44,121 nucleotides of DNA from an uncultured bacterium (GCA_964549305.1 CAZJVM010000017.1:1-44121), one strand, 5' to 3'. Counted from the stretch's first letter, positions 18,901-30,778 are shown. Notes: generated by a model from the letters alone, not told the origin. Program-made: numbers and translations.

Positions 18901-19271
18901 AATTGCTCACGGACATAAAAGATAAGACTGTAAAACTTCTTTCTGACAATACCCTCAAAGACATCTTTTATGCCGGAGACATGAGGCAAATTTTAACGGA
19001 AAAACAAGTCTATTACAAAAAAAACGAAAGGAAGAATGTTTCGGGAATAGTCGACAGGATTGTAATAGACAAAGACCGGGTCAGGGTAATAGACTACAAA
19101 TGGACAAAAGATATAACCACTCAAAGCGATATAGAAAAAATCAAAAAGAGATATCGTTCTCAACTTGCCTATTATTCCCATGCAATGAGCAAGTTGTATC
19201 CCGGTAAAAGTATTGAAACCTACCTTCTTTTGATAAGCGCGCCCGAAGGGAAAAGACTTGTCAAAACCTGA
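15948..19271 (+). CDS. addA: AddA UvrD-family helicase/nuclease
   Basis: ASAGSGKT, TFTNKA, STIHSF, LIDEFQDTS, VGDKKQAIYRFR, NFRS, MSVHKAKGLEF, YVALTRA, GIVDR..IDYK..QL..Y. Confidence 0.93.
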   Translation: MKPKSKETPLFWLPRENAALSASAGSGKTYNLTWRLIAIMLYEQNLGNSLKNTFAVTFTNKATLDMKYKVLERLKKLAYPLKEKPDEADEEAIEYLAQMLTNGNRDLLLNKANKAYKNLLNNLSDLNISTIHSFLSGIVSLFPFEIGINPDNDIIDEAERENLLKESFAILLEKASGDKELEDLILHTFNALGYDSLDVKERIYELIINFFEREWDIKELYKSDSLNKELLEIRRRKEIHYAQFNGKKFKDALEEIIEIIDTHDGTFNTRVTTFKENIKNLIGNITHKKLLENKKYFDKNSIDEISGFKKYTKHLVEISKKLLIRLNNAFLQAKEVYEDNIVPFIELTNKEIVCNFLILFLRYLEIYEERKRYIGALDFSDLEGLAYGLFSGTKFDRDYFYFRIDTRIKHLLIDEFQDTSIIQWDILSPLVDEIVSGVGVHDDKGSFFYVGDKKQAIYRFRRGESGLFDLVKNRHKIEEYSLKTNFRSAKNIVDTVNTVFSKIMTHTKYERQKVSVESEGYVEIAKAENNEDNAQRVVDTIKMLSEKGVIFSDIALLVRTYTHTDLIENLLKKEKIPYRSEKTSSLREAVPIKDIINLLKFINNSEDDISLSSILKSPLFRIDNFTLHKIKFHKGKTLYLKVKNSELCKENVKTLEGLLKNVAFLSPLKLLNLIYSKFNIYSIYSHIAGAAENLRKFFEEVFIFQKNNSADISTFLDYFEMKSKTILQAEPDDKGKGGVKIMSVHKAKGLEFHSVIIPFADFSMNLHPRQTKFIFSYNDNFKLCNITKTPVKTDKELSESLRKCFDDELEKVSEDEINLLYVALTRARENLFVIGNEKSFNSENSGISKLYSALDKTSEDADEATIYQKGEITPSGKPDGKKTKRKGASSGKEFNFSEYFNKDEEIEEDISPSTIEEVTDEGKITFSSQAQIKRKIAGETIHYALSRIELLNDYDNISEIVSDACAFAERNIYSKEEIDKTYIDELLTDIKDKTVKLLSDNTLKDIFYAGDMRQILTEKQVYYKKNERKNVSGIVDRIVIDKDRVRVIDYKWTKDITTQSDIEKIKKRYRSQLAYYSHAMSKLYPGKSIETYLLLISAPEGKRLVKT

Positions 19272-19347
19272 GTAATATATAAGCTTAATTGTTAAAATAT
19301 CTGATTTTTATTAGAGTTATTTTCAGACAATAAAAGGAGGCATTACA

Positions 19348-19875
19348 ATGGCGGAAGACCTTCAAAAAGAAATCGAAAATGATTTCACGAAAACACTCAA
19401 GGGAAAAATTAAAAGACTCGGCAAAGATGAGCTTAAAAAAGTGATAATAGACTTCCTTGCAAATCACTGCCTGTGCACTATTGCCACCTGCGACGGCAAC
19501 ATACCGCGCTCGACCCCGGTAAGATACAAAAGCCACGAAACAGATATTTACGTGCTTACCGAAGGCGGTGGAAAATTTAAAAACATTCTTAACAACCCTA
19601 AAGTATCGGTGAGTCTTTACGGCGAATACAGCGGTTTCGAAAGCGTAAAAGGACTTCAGATTTGGGGCACCGCGGAAATTATCAAGCCCGACGAGAAGGA
19701 AAAATATTTGGATGCACGAAAACTCATTAAATCCGAAGAAAGGGAAGACCTCAAAAAACTCGGTGACCTTCCAATAAGGGATAAATTAATGGTCATCAAG
19801 ATTAAAACTGAGAAGGCAAGATATTTAAGCTTTCCCGAAGGAATATTGAATCAGGTTTGGGAAGAGGAAAAATAA
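19348..19875 (+). CDS. Pyridoxamine 5'-phosphate oxidase-like FMN-binding split-barrel protein
   Basis: CTIAT...PRSTPV.Y, GGKFKNILNNPKVSVS, KGLQIWGTAE; AAGGAGG RBS. Confidence 0.85.
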   Translation: MAEDLQKEIENDFTKTLKGKIKRLGKDELKKVIIDFLANHCLCTIATCDGNIPRSTPVRYKSHETDIYVLTEGGGKFKNILNNPKVSVSLYGEYSGFESVKGLQIWGTAEIIKPDEKEKYLDARKLIKSEEREDLKKLGDLPIRDKLMVIKIKTEKARYLSFPEGILNQVWEEEK

Positions 19876-19887
19876 TTCATTAGTAGT

Positions 19888-20433
19888 TTATGCAGTTTCT
19901 CTGCCACTTCTTAATTTTTCAAGAAACAGATGCCATAAAAAAGCGATAAGACTTCCTAAAACCGCCCCTGCCAGCACATCGGAAGGATAATGCACTCCCA
20001 TATACACCCGTGAAAAAGCCACAAACGCGGCAACAGTTAAAAAGTAATTTCGCCCTTTTGGAAATCTGAATGACATAAACACGGCACAGGTAAATGCCAC
20101 TGTGCTGTGTCCCGAGGGGAACGCATAACTCTGAAGGGGAAAACCTATAATGTTCACCCAGTCATATGAAAACATTGGCCTTCCCCGCGCGAAAAACAAC
20201 TTTAAAAAGCGATATGAGTAGCGCGCAAGAAACATTACCGCCACAAAAGAACCCGCATAAAAGATCTTATCTTTTTTGAAAAGAAAAGCGCAAAGGAGAC
20301 CCGCGACAATTACAAGATAAAAACTGCCTCCCCAGGTAATCACCGGCATAATCGCGTCAAAAAGGGAATTTTTTATTGCCACATTTATGAAATTCAATAG
20401 CTTGACATCTGTATTTAAAATAAAATCAATCAT
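19888..20433 (-). CDS. PAP2-family membrane phosphatase (undecaprenyl-PP phosphatase-like)
   Basis: K-x6-RP (KLFFARGRP), [23 protein letters not shown] overlap with uvrA. Confidence 0.93.
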   Translation of the reverse strand: MIDFILNTDVKLLNFINVAIKNSLFDAIMPVITWGGSFYLVIVAGLLCAFLFKKDKIFYAGSFVAVMFLARYSYRFLKLFFARGRPMFSYDWVNIIGFPLQSYAFPSGHSTVAFTCAVFMSFRFPKGRNYFLTVAAFVAFSRVYMGVHYPSDVLAGAVLGSLIAFLWHLFLEKLRSGRETA

Positions 20434-23273
20434 TGGGAATCAATATAATGTTTCAGCGCTCTACCCGTATGGGACTTGCGGTTTTTAACTATCATCTCCG
20501 GCATATCGCAATCTATCAATCTTCCTCCCTCCTCACCTCCTTCGGGACCGAGGTCAATTATATAGTCTGCCGATTTAATCACATCGAGGTTATGCTCGAT
20601 GACTATGACGGTATTGCCGTTATCCGTGAGGCGGTTCAGTATTTCAAGAAGTTTTCTTATGTCGTCAAAATGAAGTCCCGTAGTAGGTTCATCGAGGATA
20701 TAAAGCGTTCTGCCGGTGCTTACCTTTGAAAGTTCCTTTGCGAGTTTTACCCTTTGCGCTTCACCACCGGAAAGCGTCGTTGCTGCCTGCCCAAGCTTTA
20801 TATAACCAAGCCCCACATCATTGAGAGTCACAAGCTTTCTGTTTATTGACGGTATATTTTCAAAAAGCGGTAATGCCTCACTTACGGACATATTCAAAAC
20901 CTCTGCGATATTCTTTCCCTTATACCGTATATCGAGTGTTTCCCTGTTATATCGTTTTCCAAGGCAAATTTCGCAGGTTACGAAGATATCGGGCAGAAAG
21001 TGCATTTCTATCTTCTTAACTCCGTCGCCTTCACAGGCATCGCATCTGCCGCCCTTGACATTGAAACTGAATCGTCCCGGTTTGTACCCTCTTACTCTCG
21101 ACTCAGGGACTTTGGAAAAAAGGTTTCTAATATCTGAAAAAACTCCCACATAAGTTGCAGGATTTGACCTCGGAGTTCTGCCTATTGGCGATTGGTCAAT
21201 ATTTATCACTTTATCAATATGTTCCTGGCCTGATATTTTTTTGTGCGGGCAGGGCATATCTTTCGCCCTGTAAAACATCTTCGCGAGGGATTTATATAAT
21301 GTTTCTATTACGAGGGTGCTTTTCCCAGAGCCAGAGACTCCCGTAACACAAATGAACGTGCCCAAAGGAAATGTTACATTTATATTTTTAAGATTGTTTC
21401 CGGAGGCACCGCACAACTCTATTTTTTTTCCGTTGCCTTTTCGTCTCGACGATAAATCGGGAAGCGGAATAGATAATCTTGAAGAGAGATAAGCTCCCGT
21501 TAACGATTTCTTGCTCTTTTTTATTTCAGCCGGCGTGCCCTGAGCGACTATGTGGCCTCCGTTTAACCCCGCGCCTGGCCCAAGGTCAACTATATGGTCT
21601 GCCGACAATATGGTTTCAGCATCATGTTCCACGATTATTACCGTATTTCCCATATCCTTAAGTCTTTTCAATGTGGAAAGAAGCTTTTTATGGTCGCGGT
21701 TATGAAGCCCTATGCTCGGCTCATCTAGAATATATAATACTCCCATAAGAGATGAGCCAATCTGTGTCGCCAGCCTTATTCTCTGTGCTTCCCCTCCCGA
21801 AAGGGTGCCTGCCTGACGGTCAAGGGTAAGGTAATCAAGCCCCACGGAAACGAGAAAACCGAGCCGTTCTTTGATTTCCTTTATAATTCTTCCGGATATC
21901 TGCTCGTCACGACTGCGAAGTTTCAACTTTGAAAACCAATCTAAGGCATCGCTAATCGATTTTTCGGTAACCTGATTGATGTTGAGTTTATTGATTTTAA
22001 CGGAAAGATACTCTTTCTTCAATCGTCCTCCATCACAGGCGGGGCATTTCATTGTTCGCATAAACTGCTCTATACCTTCACGCACATTCTCGGAACCCGT
22101 TGAACGGTACCGTTTCTCAAGTCTCGGAATCACGCCTTCGAACTCCTTCTTGAAAAGATATTTGTTCTTCTTGCTTTCATAGGCAAATTCGATTTCAAGC
22201 CCTTTTGCACCGTAAAGAATTTTTTTTCTGATATTATCGGGAAGCTTGTTAAAAGGTACATCAAGGGAAAATTTGAGTTTTTTTGAAAGAGTTTTCAGCG
22301 TCCTCTGATGGAATTCCTGAAACTTCATCTGCCACGGTAATATTGCCCCTTCCTTCAATGTTTTTTTTCTATCGGGGACGATAAGGTCAGGGTCAATTGA
22401 AAGAATCGTTCCCAATCCGCTGCATTTCTCGCAGGCACCATAAGGACTGTTGAAAGAAAAGACACGGGGAACGAGTTCAGGAATACTCGTCCCGCATTCT
22501 ATGCAGGCATATTTTTCAGAAAATGTAATATCTTCGGACTTTTCATCAGCAACGGTTACAAGGCCTCCCGAAAGCTTTAAAGCGGTTTCAACGGAATCCG
22601 CCAATCTTTTTTCCGATGATTTCTTCAATATGAGCCTGTCAACAACTATCTCTATGGTATGCTTTTTCTTCTTATCAATACTTATCTCATCATCGAGGTC
22701 GTAGATTACTCCGTCAATACGTCCTCTTACGAACCCCTGCTTCTTTATGTCCGAAATAAGTTTTTTGTACTCTCCTTTTTTTCCTCTTATTACGGGAGAA
22801 AAAACCGTAACTTTGCTTCCTTCGGGCATTTCAAGAATCCTGTCGGTAATCTGCGTCGAAGTCTGCGCTTTAATTTCTTTTCCGCAAATATGACAATGGG
22901 GCTTCCCTATTCTTGAAAAAAGAAGGCGCAGATAATCATAGACTTCCGTAACTGTGCCGACTGAAGAGCGCGGATTTTTAGATGTCGTCTTCTGCTCGAT
23001 TGATATAGCGGGCGACAGACCTTCTATCCTGTCAACATCGGGCTTTTCCATAAGCTCAAGAAACTGACGGGCATAGGCGGAAAGGGACTCAACATAACGT
23101 CGCTGGCCTTCGGCATATATCGTATCGAAAGCAAGTGATGATTTCCCCGAGCCGGAAAGTCCGGTTATTACCGTTACGCTGTTTCTGGGGATTTCAAGAT
23201 GAATATTTTTAAGATTATGTTCCCTTGCTCCTTCGATTACAATCTTCTTTACCTTATTGTTTCGCAATTTCAT
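20430..23273 (-). CDS. uvrA: Excinuclease ABC subunit A
   Basis: GAREHNLKN, two Walker A motifs ([18 protein letters not shown]), two LSGGEAQR signatures, Zn-finger Cys pairs. Confidence 0.99.
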   Translation of the reverse strand: MKLRNNKVKKIVIEGAREHNLKNIHLEIPRNSVTVITGLSGSGKSSLAFDTIYAEGQRRYVESLSAYARQFLELMEKPDVDRIEGLSPAISIEQKTTSKNPRSSVGTVTEVYDYLRLLFSRIGKPHCHICGKEIKAQTSTQITDRILEMPEGSKVTVFSPVIRGKKGEYKKLISDIKKQGFVRGRIDGVIYDLDDEISIDKKKKHTIEIVVDRLILKKSSEKRLADSVETALKLSGGLVTVADEKSEDITFSEKYACIECGTSIPELVPRVFSFNSPYGACEKCSGLGTILSIDPDLIVPDRKKTLKEGAILPWQMKFQEFHQRTLKTLSKKLKFSLDVPFNKLPDNIRKKILYGAKGLEIEFAYESKKNKYLFKKEFEGVIPRLEKRYRSTGSENVREGIEQFMRTMKCPACDGGRLKKEYLSVKINKLNINQVTEKSISDALDWFSKLKLRSRDEQISGRIIKEIKERLGFLVSVGLDYLTLDRQAGTLSGGEAQRIRLATQIGSSLMGVLYILDEPSIGLHNRDHKKLLSTLKRLKDMGNTVIIVEHDAETILSADHIVDLGPGAGLNGGHIVAQGTPAEIKKSKKSLTGAYLSSRLSIPLPDLSSRRKGNGKKIELCGASGNNLKNINVTFPLGTFICVTGVSGSGKSTLVIETLYKSLAKMFYRAKDMPCPHKKISGQEHIDKVINIDQSPIGRTPRSNPATYVGVFSDIRNLFSKVPESRVRGYKPGRFSFNVKGGRCDACEGDGVKKIEMHFLPDIFVTCEICLGKRYNRETLDIRYKGKNIAEVLNMSVSEALPLFENIPSINRKLVTLNDVGLGYIKLGQAATTLSGGEAQRVKLAKELSKVSTGRTLYILDEPTTGLHFDDIRKLLEILNRLTDNGNTVIVIEHNLDVIKSADYIIDLGPEGGEEGGRLIDCDMPEMIVKNRKSHTGRALKHYIDSQ

Positions 23274-23467
23274 ATACCTTTAAAGAATTCGAAAAATAAT
23301 ACCATTTTTTAATTCCTAAGAGGAGTAAGAGATTAAAGTTTTAAAAACAAAACCTGATTTGTCAATAAGGCACAATCTCCTCATGTTCGAACAAAAGAGA
23401 ATAGGAAAATGGAAAAAACACCACACAGGTAAAATAAGAAATTACAAATATTGAATGAGGGTTACAA

Positions 23468-23941
23468 TCAGAATGTGCTTAAAAGCGCCACTGCAATTGC
23501 AGCCATTCCTTCCTTTCTTCCGAGAAATCCCATTTTTTCGTTTGTCTTCGCTTTAATGCTTACCTGATGAGGTTCCAAATCAAGGATATGAGCGAGATTT
23601 TGCTGCATTCTTTCCTTATAATCAGAAAAATTAGGTTCTTCGGCAATTATCGTGGCATCGATATTTTCTATGAAAAAGCCGTCCTTATCCACCAACTCTT
23701 TAACTTTCTTCAAAATTATCAGGCTTGATATTCCTTCTATTTCATCATCGGTATCGGGAAAATGTTCGCCGATATCTCCTGCCGATATAGCTCCTAAAAG
23801 CGCGTCGCAAATGGCATGGCTTAAAACATCCGCATCGGAATGTCCGCCCAAGCCCAAATCGTAAGGTATCTCGATGCCGGCAATAATGAGTCTTCTTCCC
23901 TCTTCGAAAGGATGAACATCAGTCCCTATGCCAATTCTCAT
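23468..23941 (-). CDS. ispF: 2-C-methyl-D-erythritol 2,4-cyclodiphosphate synthase
   Basis: MRIGIGTDVH, GHSDADV..HA..DALLGA, DIGEHFPD, KAKTNEKMG. Confidence 0.98.
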   Translation of the reverse strand: MRIGIGTDVHPFEEGRRLIIAGIEIPYDLGLGGHSDADVLSHAICDALLGAISAGDIGEHFPDTDDEIEGISSLIILKKVKELVDKDGFFIENIDATIIAEEPNFSDYKERMQQNLAHILDLEPHQVSIKAKTNEKMGFLGRKEGMAAIAVALLSTF

Positions 23942-23979
23942 TATTTGATTCCTCCCATATTTAAACTTTCCATTATCTA

Positions 23980-24666
23980 TTATGTATTGCTCAACAAATA
24001 TTCCGCAAGCTTCATATCTTCCGCTTTAGTTATTTTAATATTGTCTTCGGATCCTTCTATAATCTTTATTTTCGCATCTATTGCTTCCGCCATTGCCGAT
24101 TCATCGGTATAATTTTTGCCGTTTTTTGCCGCTTTGTCAAAAGCTTTTCTCAAAATCGAACTTTTAAATATCTGAGGTGTCTGCGAACGGAACAAGCCTT
24201 TTCTGTCAATCGTTTCATTTATCACATTTTCTCCGTCAACCTTCTTCACCGTATCGTTTACGGCAACTGCACAGACAACACCGTCGCAATCATCAAGAAG
24301 CTTGATTCCGTCAACAACAGTTTTCGGATTGAAAAAAGGCCTGACGGCATCGTGTATTACAATTACATCAGATGATTTTTCACAAATATTGAATCCCTTA
24401 TAAACGGAATCCTGCCTCTTCTCCCCACCTTTTGTGATTTTTCCGATATTCAGTTTTTCGGCCAATTGTTTAAGTTCATTTTTGCGTTGGGAATAATCCT
24501 TCTCCGGCAATACGAGAATGATTTCATCGATTACATCTATGGAAGCCATTTTTTCAAGGGAATATGACAGAATTTCTTTTGAACCGATTTTCAGAAATTG
24601 CTTCGGCGTAACGCTTCTCATCCTAAGTCCTAGTCCCCCTGCAACCAGTATCGCCGAAACAAACAT
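23980..24666 (-). CDS. ispD: 2-C-methyl-D-erythritol 4-phosphate cytidylyltransferase
   Basis: AGGLGLRM..PKQF, GGEKRQDSV, IHDAVRP, QTPQ, TDES, NIKIT. Confidence 0.97.
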   Translation of the reverse strand: MFVSAILVAGGLGLRMRSVTPKQFLKIGSKEILSYSLEKMASIDVIDEIILVLPEKDYSQRKNELKQLAEKLNIGKITKGGEKRQDSVYKGFNICEKSSDVIVIHDAVRPFFNPKTVVDGIKLLDDCDGVVCAVAVNDTVKKVDGENVINETIDRKGLFRSQTPQIFKSSILRKAFDKAAKNGKNYTDESAMAEAIDAKIKIIEGSEDNIKITKAEDMKLAEYLLSNT

Positions 24667-24687
24667 TCCTTATTTATTCCCCGTTAC

Positions 24688-25716
24688 TCAATTAAATTCG
24701 CCGTCGGCTTTATCGTTCGACTCCTTTATCTTGCCGAATATCATTCTTCCGGCGGTAGTTTGAAGGACGCTTGTAACCGTTACATCGACATTCGAGCCAA
24801 GCTGATTTCTTCCATTGTCAACGACAACCATCGTGCCGTCATCGAGATATGCCACTGCTTGCCCGGACTCTTTACCCTCTTTTATAAGGTAAACCTTGAG
24901 GATTTCTCCCGGAAGCACAACAGGTTTAAGTGCATTTGAAAGCAGGTTGATATTCAGTACGCTTACCCCCTGAAGTTCAGCCACCTTATTGAGATTAAAA
25001 TCGTTGGTGAGGATTTTCGCCCCCATTTCACGCGCAAGCGCTACAAGTTTGGAGTCAACTTCAGGTATCTTCGGGAAATCATTTTCTACGACACGAACTT
25101 CTATCTGATTGAGTTTTTGAAGCTTATTCAGGACATCGAGCCCCCTTCTTCCCCTGTTTCTCTTCAGACCGTCCGATGAGTCAGCAATATGCTGAAGCTC
25201 AATCAGCACAAATTGCGGAACGATAATAATTCCCTCGAGAAAATCGGTTTCGCATATATCGTATATTCTTCCGTCAATGATAACGCTCGTGTCGAGGATT
25301 TTATAGCTTTCCGATTCCGGTTTTGTACTCAAAAAAGGAATCATCTTTGAAAAATTTGTGTAGTATGCCTTTTTTGCCGCAAGAGCGAAACCTACATAGG
25401 CAAAAAACGAGTAAATGAGTGGGTAGAAATTTTTGGCGTAATCGGCTATCTGTAAATCAATAAAAACGGTGTTAATAAGGACATTGCAAATCAGTAGTCC
25501 AAGAAGCAGACCTAAACACCCGAAAACAACTGTTTTCATAGTAACTCTTGAAAGCCTTACTTCAATGCCCACAACGACTAAACCCAAAACAACGCCTGCA
25601 ATAATTCCGGCAATGTAATTATTGCCATCACCAAAGAACTGATAATTGATTTTACTAAAGATGAAAGAAGAAAAATATGAGGATAATGCGACTATTAGAA
25701 TCCGGAAAACCAACAT
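24688..25716 (-). CDS. yacL: Membrane PIN/TRAM-domain protein (YacL family)
   Basis: N-terminal TMs; LDTSVIIDGRI, ELQHIADS, RGRRGLD, TNDFNLNKVA, YLDDGTMVVV, QTTAGRMIF. Confidence 0.93.
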   Translation of the reverse strand: MLVFRILIVALSSYFSSFIFSKINYQFFGDGNNYIAGIIAGVVLGLVVVGIEVRLSRVTMKTVVFGCLGLLLGLLICNVLINTVFIDLQIADYAKNFYPLIYSFFAYVGFALAAKKAYYTNFSKMIPFLSTKPESESYKILDTSVIIDGRIYDICETDFLEGIIIVPQFVLIELQHIADSSDGLKRNRGRRGLDVLNKLQKLNQIEVRVVENDFPKIPEVDSKLVALAREMGAKILTNDFNLNKVAELQGVSVLNINLLSNALKPVVLPGEILKVYLIKEGKESGQAVAYLDDGTMVVVDNGRNQLGSNVDVTVTSVLQTTAGRMIFGKIKESNDKADGEFN

Positions 25717-25766
25717 TGCGAGACCTCCTTTATGGAGATAATTGTATTAGAAAAAATTAATACCAG

Positions 25767-26258
25767 CTATTTTCCTGAAAAAATATCCACAAGCAGATCT
25801 TCGGACTTTTTTTCCGAAATCTTTTTAGCAAAGGATATTTCAGTTATTAATAATTTCTTTGTCGTATCGAGGATTTTCTTCTCGCCAAAGGATAGTTCCT
25901 TTTCGTTTTTTGCAAACATTAAATCTCTGTAAACTTCAGCAGCTTTTTCAATCGAACCCGTTTTTATCTTATCCTGATATTCAGTATGCCTTCTGTTCCA
26001 GTTCGGGTCTCCTTCCTCAGGCGAACTTTTAAGTATTTTAAATATTTTTTTAACCTCTGCATTGGAAATAATACTGCGAAGACCAACTTTATCAGCGTTT
26101 TTTACGGGCACCATAATTCTTGTCTTGTTCTCGACAAGCTCAAGAACATAATACTTTTCTACATTTTTATCTATTTTTTTCTCTTCTATTAACACAACAA
26201 CGGCAACACCATGCCCAGGATACACGACGTGGGAATTTCGTTTAAATGTTTTAGCCAT
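25767..26258 (-). CDS. carD: CarD-family RNA polymerase-binding regulator
   Basis: VVYPGHGV, IMVPV...VGLR, NWNRR (Trp wedge), LSFGEKK. Confidence 0.95.
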   Translation of the reverse strand: MAKTFKRNSHVVYPGHGVAVVVLIEEKKIDKNVEKYYVLELVENKTRIMVPVKNADKVGLRSIISNAEVKKIFKILKSSPEEGDPNWNRRHTEYQDKIKTGSIEKAAEVYRDLMFAKNEKELSFGEKKILDTTKKLLITEISFAKKISEKKSEDLLVDIFSGK

Positions 26259-26448
26259 ATATATTAGTCCAAGAGTTAAAAGTACAACTGATTATCTTCT
26301 TTTTTCCCACTAAAAGTCAAGAAATTTCTAAAAGGACGGAATTTACCATTTGGTATCTCAATTGCTTATATTATATTAAATATCAATTAGTTAGCTATAG
26401 ATATAAACACAGAAAAATGTTTGCATAGAGAGTCGGTTCGTTAAAGAT

Positions 26449-27105
26449 TTATGTCTTGGAATTGTGCAGGGATTTGAATTCAGATACTGCGAGATTAATC
26501 TTTGACAATAACTCGCTTCTCCCTTTTCCGGTACGGGAGGAATATAAAACCATTTCCTTATCCGAAATACCAAGCTTGGTCAGAATGACTTTCTTCCTTT
26601 GTAAAACTTTATTCGATGACAACTTATCGGTCTTCGTAAATGTATAAATCAGAGGCACTTCGTTATATTGCGCCCATTCCTTCATCTGCATATCTTCCCT
26701 GCCCGGGTCAACTCTCACATCGAGAAGGAAAACTATAATCAGCCTGCCGGAACATTTTTCGAGAAAAGTGTTCGTTATACGCGATATATTTTCTCGTATT
26801 TTAGGAGAAACTTTGGAAAATCCGTATCCGGGCAAATCTACTAAAAATATTTTTTCATCTATCAAAAAAAAATTAATGAGCTGGGTTCTTCCGGGAGTGG
26901 AACTTGACCTTGCAAGTTTAGCCTTTCCCGTAAGGCTGTTTAAAAGAGAAGATTTCCCGCAATTGCTTCTACCCGCAAAAGCTATATATGGGAGTTGACT
27001 TTGGGGAAATTGACCAGGTGAAGTAAAGGAACCGACAAATGAAGCAGTAATATTTTTGGAAATAATTGATTTAATGCTTTGTCGTGATTGAAGATCCTGT
27101 TTCAC
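26449..27105 (-). CDS. engB: Ribosome biogenesis GTPase EngB/YihA/YsxC
   Basis: [26 protein letters not shown]. The start overlaps the end of lon, so the true start may be further downstream. Confidence 0.93.
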   Translation of the reverse strand: MKQDLQSRQSIKSIISKNITASFVGSFTSPGQFPQSQLPYIAFAGRSNCGKSSLLNSLTGKAKLARSSSTPGRTQLINFFLIDEKIFLVDLPGYGFSKVSPKIRENISRITNTFLEKCSGRLIIVFLLDVRVDPGREDMQMKEWAQYNEVPLIYTFTKTDKLSSNKVLQRKKVILTKLGISDKEMVLYSSRTGKGRSELLSKINLAVSEFKSLHNSKT

Positions 27106-29500
27106 CGCTTATTGGCTCAGATATAAAATTTTTGTCCGTAAGGAAATCATCGAGCTTTGATTCGCCCGGTATTTCCTTCTCGAGAGCTTCCTTTAAAACT
27201 TCATCAACTTCTTTTACCATAACAAACTTTATATCTTTTTTAACATTTTCCGGAATGTCTTTTAAATCTTTTTTATTGTCTTCAGGAATAATTACCGTTG
27301 AAATTCCTCCTCTGTGAGCTGCAAGAACTTTTTCCTTCAATCCGCCTATTGGCAGAACTCTGCCTCTTAAAGTAATTTCGCCGGTCATTGCCACATCATT
27401 TTTAACGGGAATTCTCGTAATAGCAGATGCCAAAGCCGTTGCAAGGGCAATGCCCGCGGAAGGTCCATCTTTGGGAATTGCACCCTCGGGAACATGCACG
27501 TGAATATCAATCTTTGAAAAGAAATTTTTATTCAACCCAAGCATTTTTGAACGGGACCGAAGATAACTGAATGCCGCCTGAGCAGATTCCTGCATTACAT
27601 CGCCGAGTTTACCCGTTAAAGTAAGCTGACCCTTGCCCGCCATAATCGTAGATTCCGTTATCAATAACTCACCGCCAAACTCCGTCCACGCAAGCCCAGT
27701 AGTCTGCCCTATCATTGCATCTTCCTCTTTGACGCCGAAACGGAATTTTTCTACGCCAAGGTAATCCTGAATATTTTTGGAATTAACCTGAACCTTAATA
27801 TCCCTTCCTTCTTTCACTATTTTCTTGGCTGTCTTTCTGCAGATTGAAGATATCTCTCTCTCGAGATTTCTGACACCTGCCTCTTTTGTGTAATTCCTTA
27901 TTATTTTTAAAACCGCATCATCGTTTAAAGTAAGGTTTTTGTCACTAAAACCGTGCGACGCGAGCTGCTTCGGAATAAGGTATTTTTTAGCTATATTCAG
28001 TTTTTCATCTTCCGTATAGCCGGGAATCCTGATTACTTCCATTCTGTCCTGAAGAGGTTGCGGAATAGCGTGGAGCACATTAGCAGTTGTGATAAAAAGC
28101 ACCTGCGACAAATCATAATCAACATCGAGATAGTGATCGTTAAAAGTATCATTTTGCTCAGGGTCTAAAACTTCAAGAAGTGCCGCTGAAGGGTCGCCTC
28201 TGAAATCCATAGACATTTTATCGATTTCATCCATAAGAAAAACTGGATTCCTCGTTCCCGCCCGCTTCATATTCTGCATAATCTTGCCGGGCAAAGCTCC
28301 AATGTACGTTCTGCGGTGACCTCTTATTTCAGCTTCATCCCTTACTCCTCCCAGAGATATCCTCACATACTTTCTTCCCAATGCTCTTGCTACGGATTTT
28401 GCAAGCGATGTTTTCCCTACACCAGGAGGTCCTACAAAGCAAAGAATCGGGCCCTTTAGTTTTTTTACAAGCTTTCTTACCGAAAGGAATTCAATTATTC
28501 TTTCCTTTGCTTTTTCCAAACCATAATGGTCTTCGTCGAGAATTGTTTCCGCTCTGTCTATTTTTAATCTGTCCTGGGTCTTTTTTGACCAGGGGATTGA
28601 GATAAGCCAATCAAGATAATTTCTTACAACAGTGCCCTCTGCCGACATGGGAGGCATTGTTTCAAGCTTCTTTAGCTCCTTGAGGGCTTTTTCCTGAACA
28701 AGCTGTGGCATTTTTGCTTCCATTATCTTTTCACGAAGCTCGTCTATTTCGGATTTGCCTTCATCCTGATGTCCCAACTCGTTTTTGATTGCCCTCATCT
28801 GTTCATTGAGCATATATTCTCTGTTCTTTTTCTGAGATTTCAACCTGCCCTGCATCTTTTTGCCTGAAATGATATTCTCTATTTCTCTCTCAAGGAAAAT
28901 AACAAGATTTTCAAAACGCTTTGAAACATTACTCAATTCAAGGAGGGTTTGTTTGTCCTTCATTTTAAGCACAGTGTGCGCGGCAATTGTATCGGCAAGA
29001 CGTCCCGGCTCTTTGATGTCTATAATAGATGCCATTGCATCGGAAGATATATGTTTTCTGAGCTTCACATACTCTTCAAAAAGTGTAACTGTTTTTGCGA
29101 GCAGTTGTTCCTGCTCATATGAAAACGTACTTTCATCGGAAAGTTCCGAAACATTGACTTTAAAGAAATCTTCTCCCGGTATGAATTCATTGATACTGAC
29201 TCTTGCCAAACCTTCAACAAGTATTTTTACCGTTCCATCATGCATTTTTAAAAGCTGAAGAATCTCACCCTTTGTGCCTGTTCTGAATATATCATTCTCT
29301 GTGGGCTCGTTTATACTTGCCTGTTTCTGGGCTGAAAGGACAATATATTTATTTTTTCCCATTGCTTCATCTAGAGCTTTGACTGATTTTTTCCTACCTA
29401 CAAAAAGAGGAATAATCATATTGGGTATTAAAACGACATCTCTCAAGGGAACAAGGGGATATACTACATCTTCTTCTTTTTTATCTTTTTTAAATATCAT
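27071..29500 (-). CDS. lon: ATP-dependent protease La
   Basis: PLRDVV N-domain, [22 protein letters not shown] (catalytic Ser), GGLKEK (catalytic Lys). Confidence 0.99.
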   Translation of the reverse strand: MIFKKDKKEEDVVYPLVPLRDVVLIPNMIIPLFVGRKKSVKALDEAMGKNKYIVLSAQKQASINEPTENDIFRTGTKGEILQLLKMHDGTVKILVEGLARVSINEFIPGEDFFKVNVSELSDESTFSYEQEQLLAKTVTLFEEYVKLRKHISSDAMASIIDIKEPGRLADTIAAHTVLKMKDKQTLLELSNVSKRFENLVIFLEREIENIISGKKMQGRLKSQKKNREYMLNEQMRAIKNELGHQDEGKSEIDELREKIMEAKMPQLVQEKALKELKKLETMPPMSAEGTVVRNYLDWLISIPWSKKTQDRLKIDRAETILDEDHYGLEKAKERIIEFLSVRKLVKKLKGPILCFVGPPGVGKTSLAKSVARALGRKYVRISLGGVRDEAEIRGHRRTYIGALPGKIMQNMKRAGTRNPVFLMDEIDKMSMDFRGDPSAALLEVLDPEQNDTFNDHYLDVDYDLSQVLFITTANVLHAIPQPLQDRMEVIRIPGYTEDEKLNIAKKYLIPKQLASHGFSDKNLTLNDDAVLKIIRNYTKEAGVRNLEREISSICRKTAKKIVKEGRDIKVQVNSKNIQDYLGVEKFRFGVKEEDAMIGQTTGLAWTEFGGELLITESTIMAGKGQLTLTGKLGDVMQESAQAAFSYLRSRSKMLGLNKNFFSKIDIHVHVPEGAIPKDGPSAGIALATALASAITRIPVKNDVAMTGEITLRGRVLPIGGLKEKVLAAHRGGISTVIIPEDNKKDLKDIPENVKKDIKFVMVKEVDEVLKEALEKEIPGESKLDDFLTDKNFISEPISGETGSSITTKH

Positions 29501-29540
29501 AACGCTTTCTTGTTATAAGGTTCCTATTAATCTACTAGTA

Positions 29541-30764
29541 TTAACTTGCCTTTTTGTAAAGAATTATCGGACTCGCGTTGTGAAGTATTACATCTTCGTT
29601 TATCACACATTCCTCAATAGTGTTTTGTGAAGGTAATTCATACATAATATCAAGCATTATCGATTCAAGTATTGCACGCAAACCTCTCGCTCCGGTTTTC
29701 CTTTTTATCGCCTCTTTTGCGATTGCCTTTAAGGAATCATCGGAAAAATGCAGTTTAACATTCTCAAGTTCAAAGAATTTTTTGTACTGTTTCAAAACAG
29801 CGTTCTTTGGTTCAGTAAGCACCTTTATGAGCGCTTCCTCATCAAGCTCTTCAAGAGTTGCCATTACGGGAAGACGCCCCACAAACTCAGGAATCAATCC
29901 GTATTTTATAAGGTCTTCCGGCTGTCCCTTTTCAAGAATTTCTTTGGTTTCCATTTTATCCGTTGATGTCTTGTTACCCATAAACCCCAAAGTCTTTTTC
30001 CCGATTCTCTGCTCAATTATTTTTTCAATGCCCACGAAAGCGCCACCGCAGACAAAGAGAATGTCAGATGTGTCTACCTGAATAAATTCCTGATGAGGAT
30101 GCTTCCTCCCACCCTGAGGCGGCACACTGGCTTTAGTTCCTTCTATTATTTTCAATAACGCCTGCTGAACTCCTTCGCCGGAAACATCTCTTGTTATGGA
30201 AGGACTCTCTGTTTTCCTGCTGATTTTATCGATTTCGTCTATATAGACTATGCCCTTTTCAGCCTTGCTTACATCATAGTCCGCCGCCTGCAATAGCTTC
30301 AAAATTATGTTTTCCACATCTTCTCCCACATATCCCGCCTCTGTGAGAGTAGTTGCATCGACTATTGTAAATGGAACATCAAGAATCTTTGCCAATGTCT
30401 GGGCAAGAAGCGTTTTACCGGAACCCGTAGGGCCAATCAGGAGTATATTGCTTTTGGTAAGCTCAACGTCATCGTGTTTCCCCTTGGCATTTATTCTCTT
30501 GTAATGATTGTAGACAGCTACGGCGAGTATTCTTTTAGACCTGTCCTGTCCTATCACATAGGTATTGAGAATTTCATTTATTTCTTTGGGCTTTAAAAGT
30601 TTGTAACTCTGCTTTATTTCTTCTTCACAAAGGTCTTTCTCGATAATCTCACTGCAAAGCGCGATGCACTCGTCGCAAATGAATGCAGACGGCCCCGCTA
30701 TAAGCTTTCTTACTTCTCCCTGGCTCTTATTGCAGAAAGAACAATAATGACCGCGATTTGTCAC
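29541..30764 (-). CDS. clpX: Clp protease ATP-binding subunit ClpX
   Basis: CSFC..ICDEC Zn finger, [12 protein letters not shown] pore loop, RKH loop; GTG start after GGAGG. Confidence 0.99.
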   Translation of the reverse strand: MTNRGHYCSFCNKSQGEVRKLIAGPSAFICDECIALCSEIIEKDLCEEEIKQSYKLLKPKEINEILNTYVIGQDRSKRILAVAVYNHYKRINAKGKHDDVELTKSNILLIGPTGSGKTLLAQTLAKILDVPFTIVDATTLTEAGYVGEDVENIILKLLQAADYDVSKAEKGIVYIDEIDKISRKTESPSITRDVSGEGVQQALLKIIEGTKASVPPQGGRKHPHQEFIQVDTSDILFVCGGAFVGIEKIIEQRIGKKTLGFMGNKTSTDKMETKEILEKGQPEDLIKYGLIPEFVGRLPVMATLEELDEEALIKVLTEPKNAVLKQYKKFFELENVKLHFSDDSLKAIAKEAIKRKTGARGLRAILESIMLDIMYELPSQNTIEECVINEDVILHNASPIILYKKAS

Positions 30765-30778
30765 CGTTATCCTCCAAA

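Noticed and set aside
23384..23393. TGTTCGAACA palindrome upstream of uvrA as an SOS box
   Set aside because: Does not match a LexA box I know, lies upstream of the candidate -35, and is not repeated at addB or radC.
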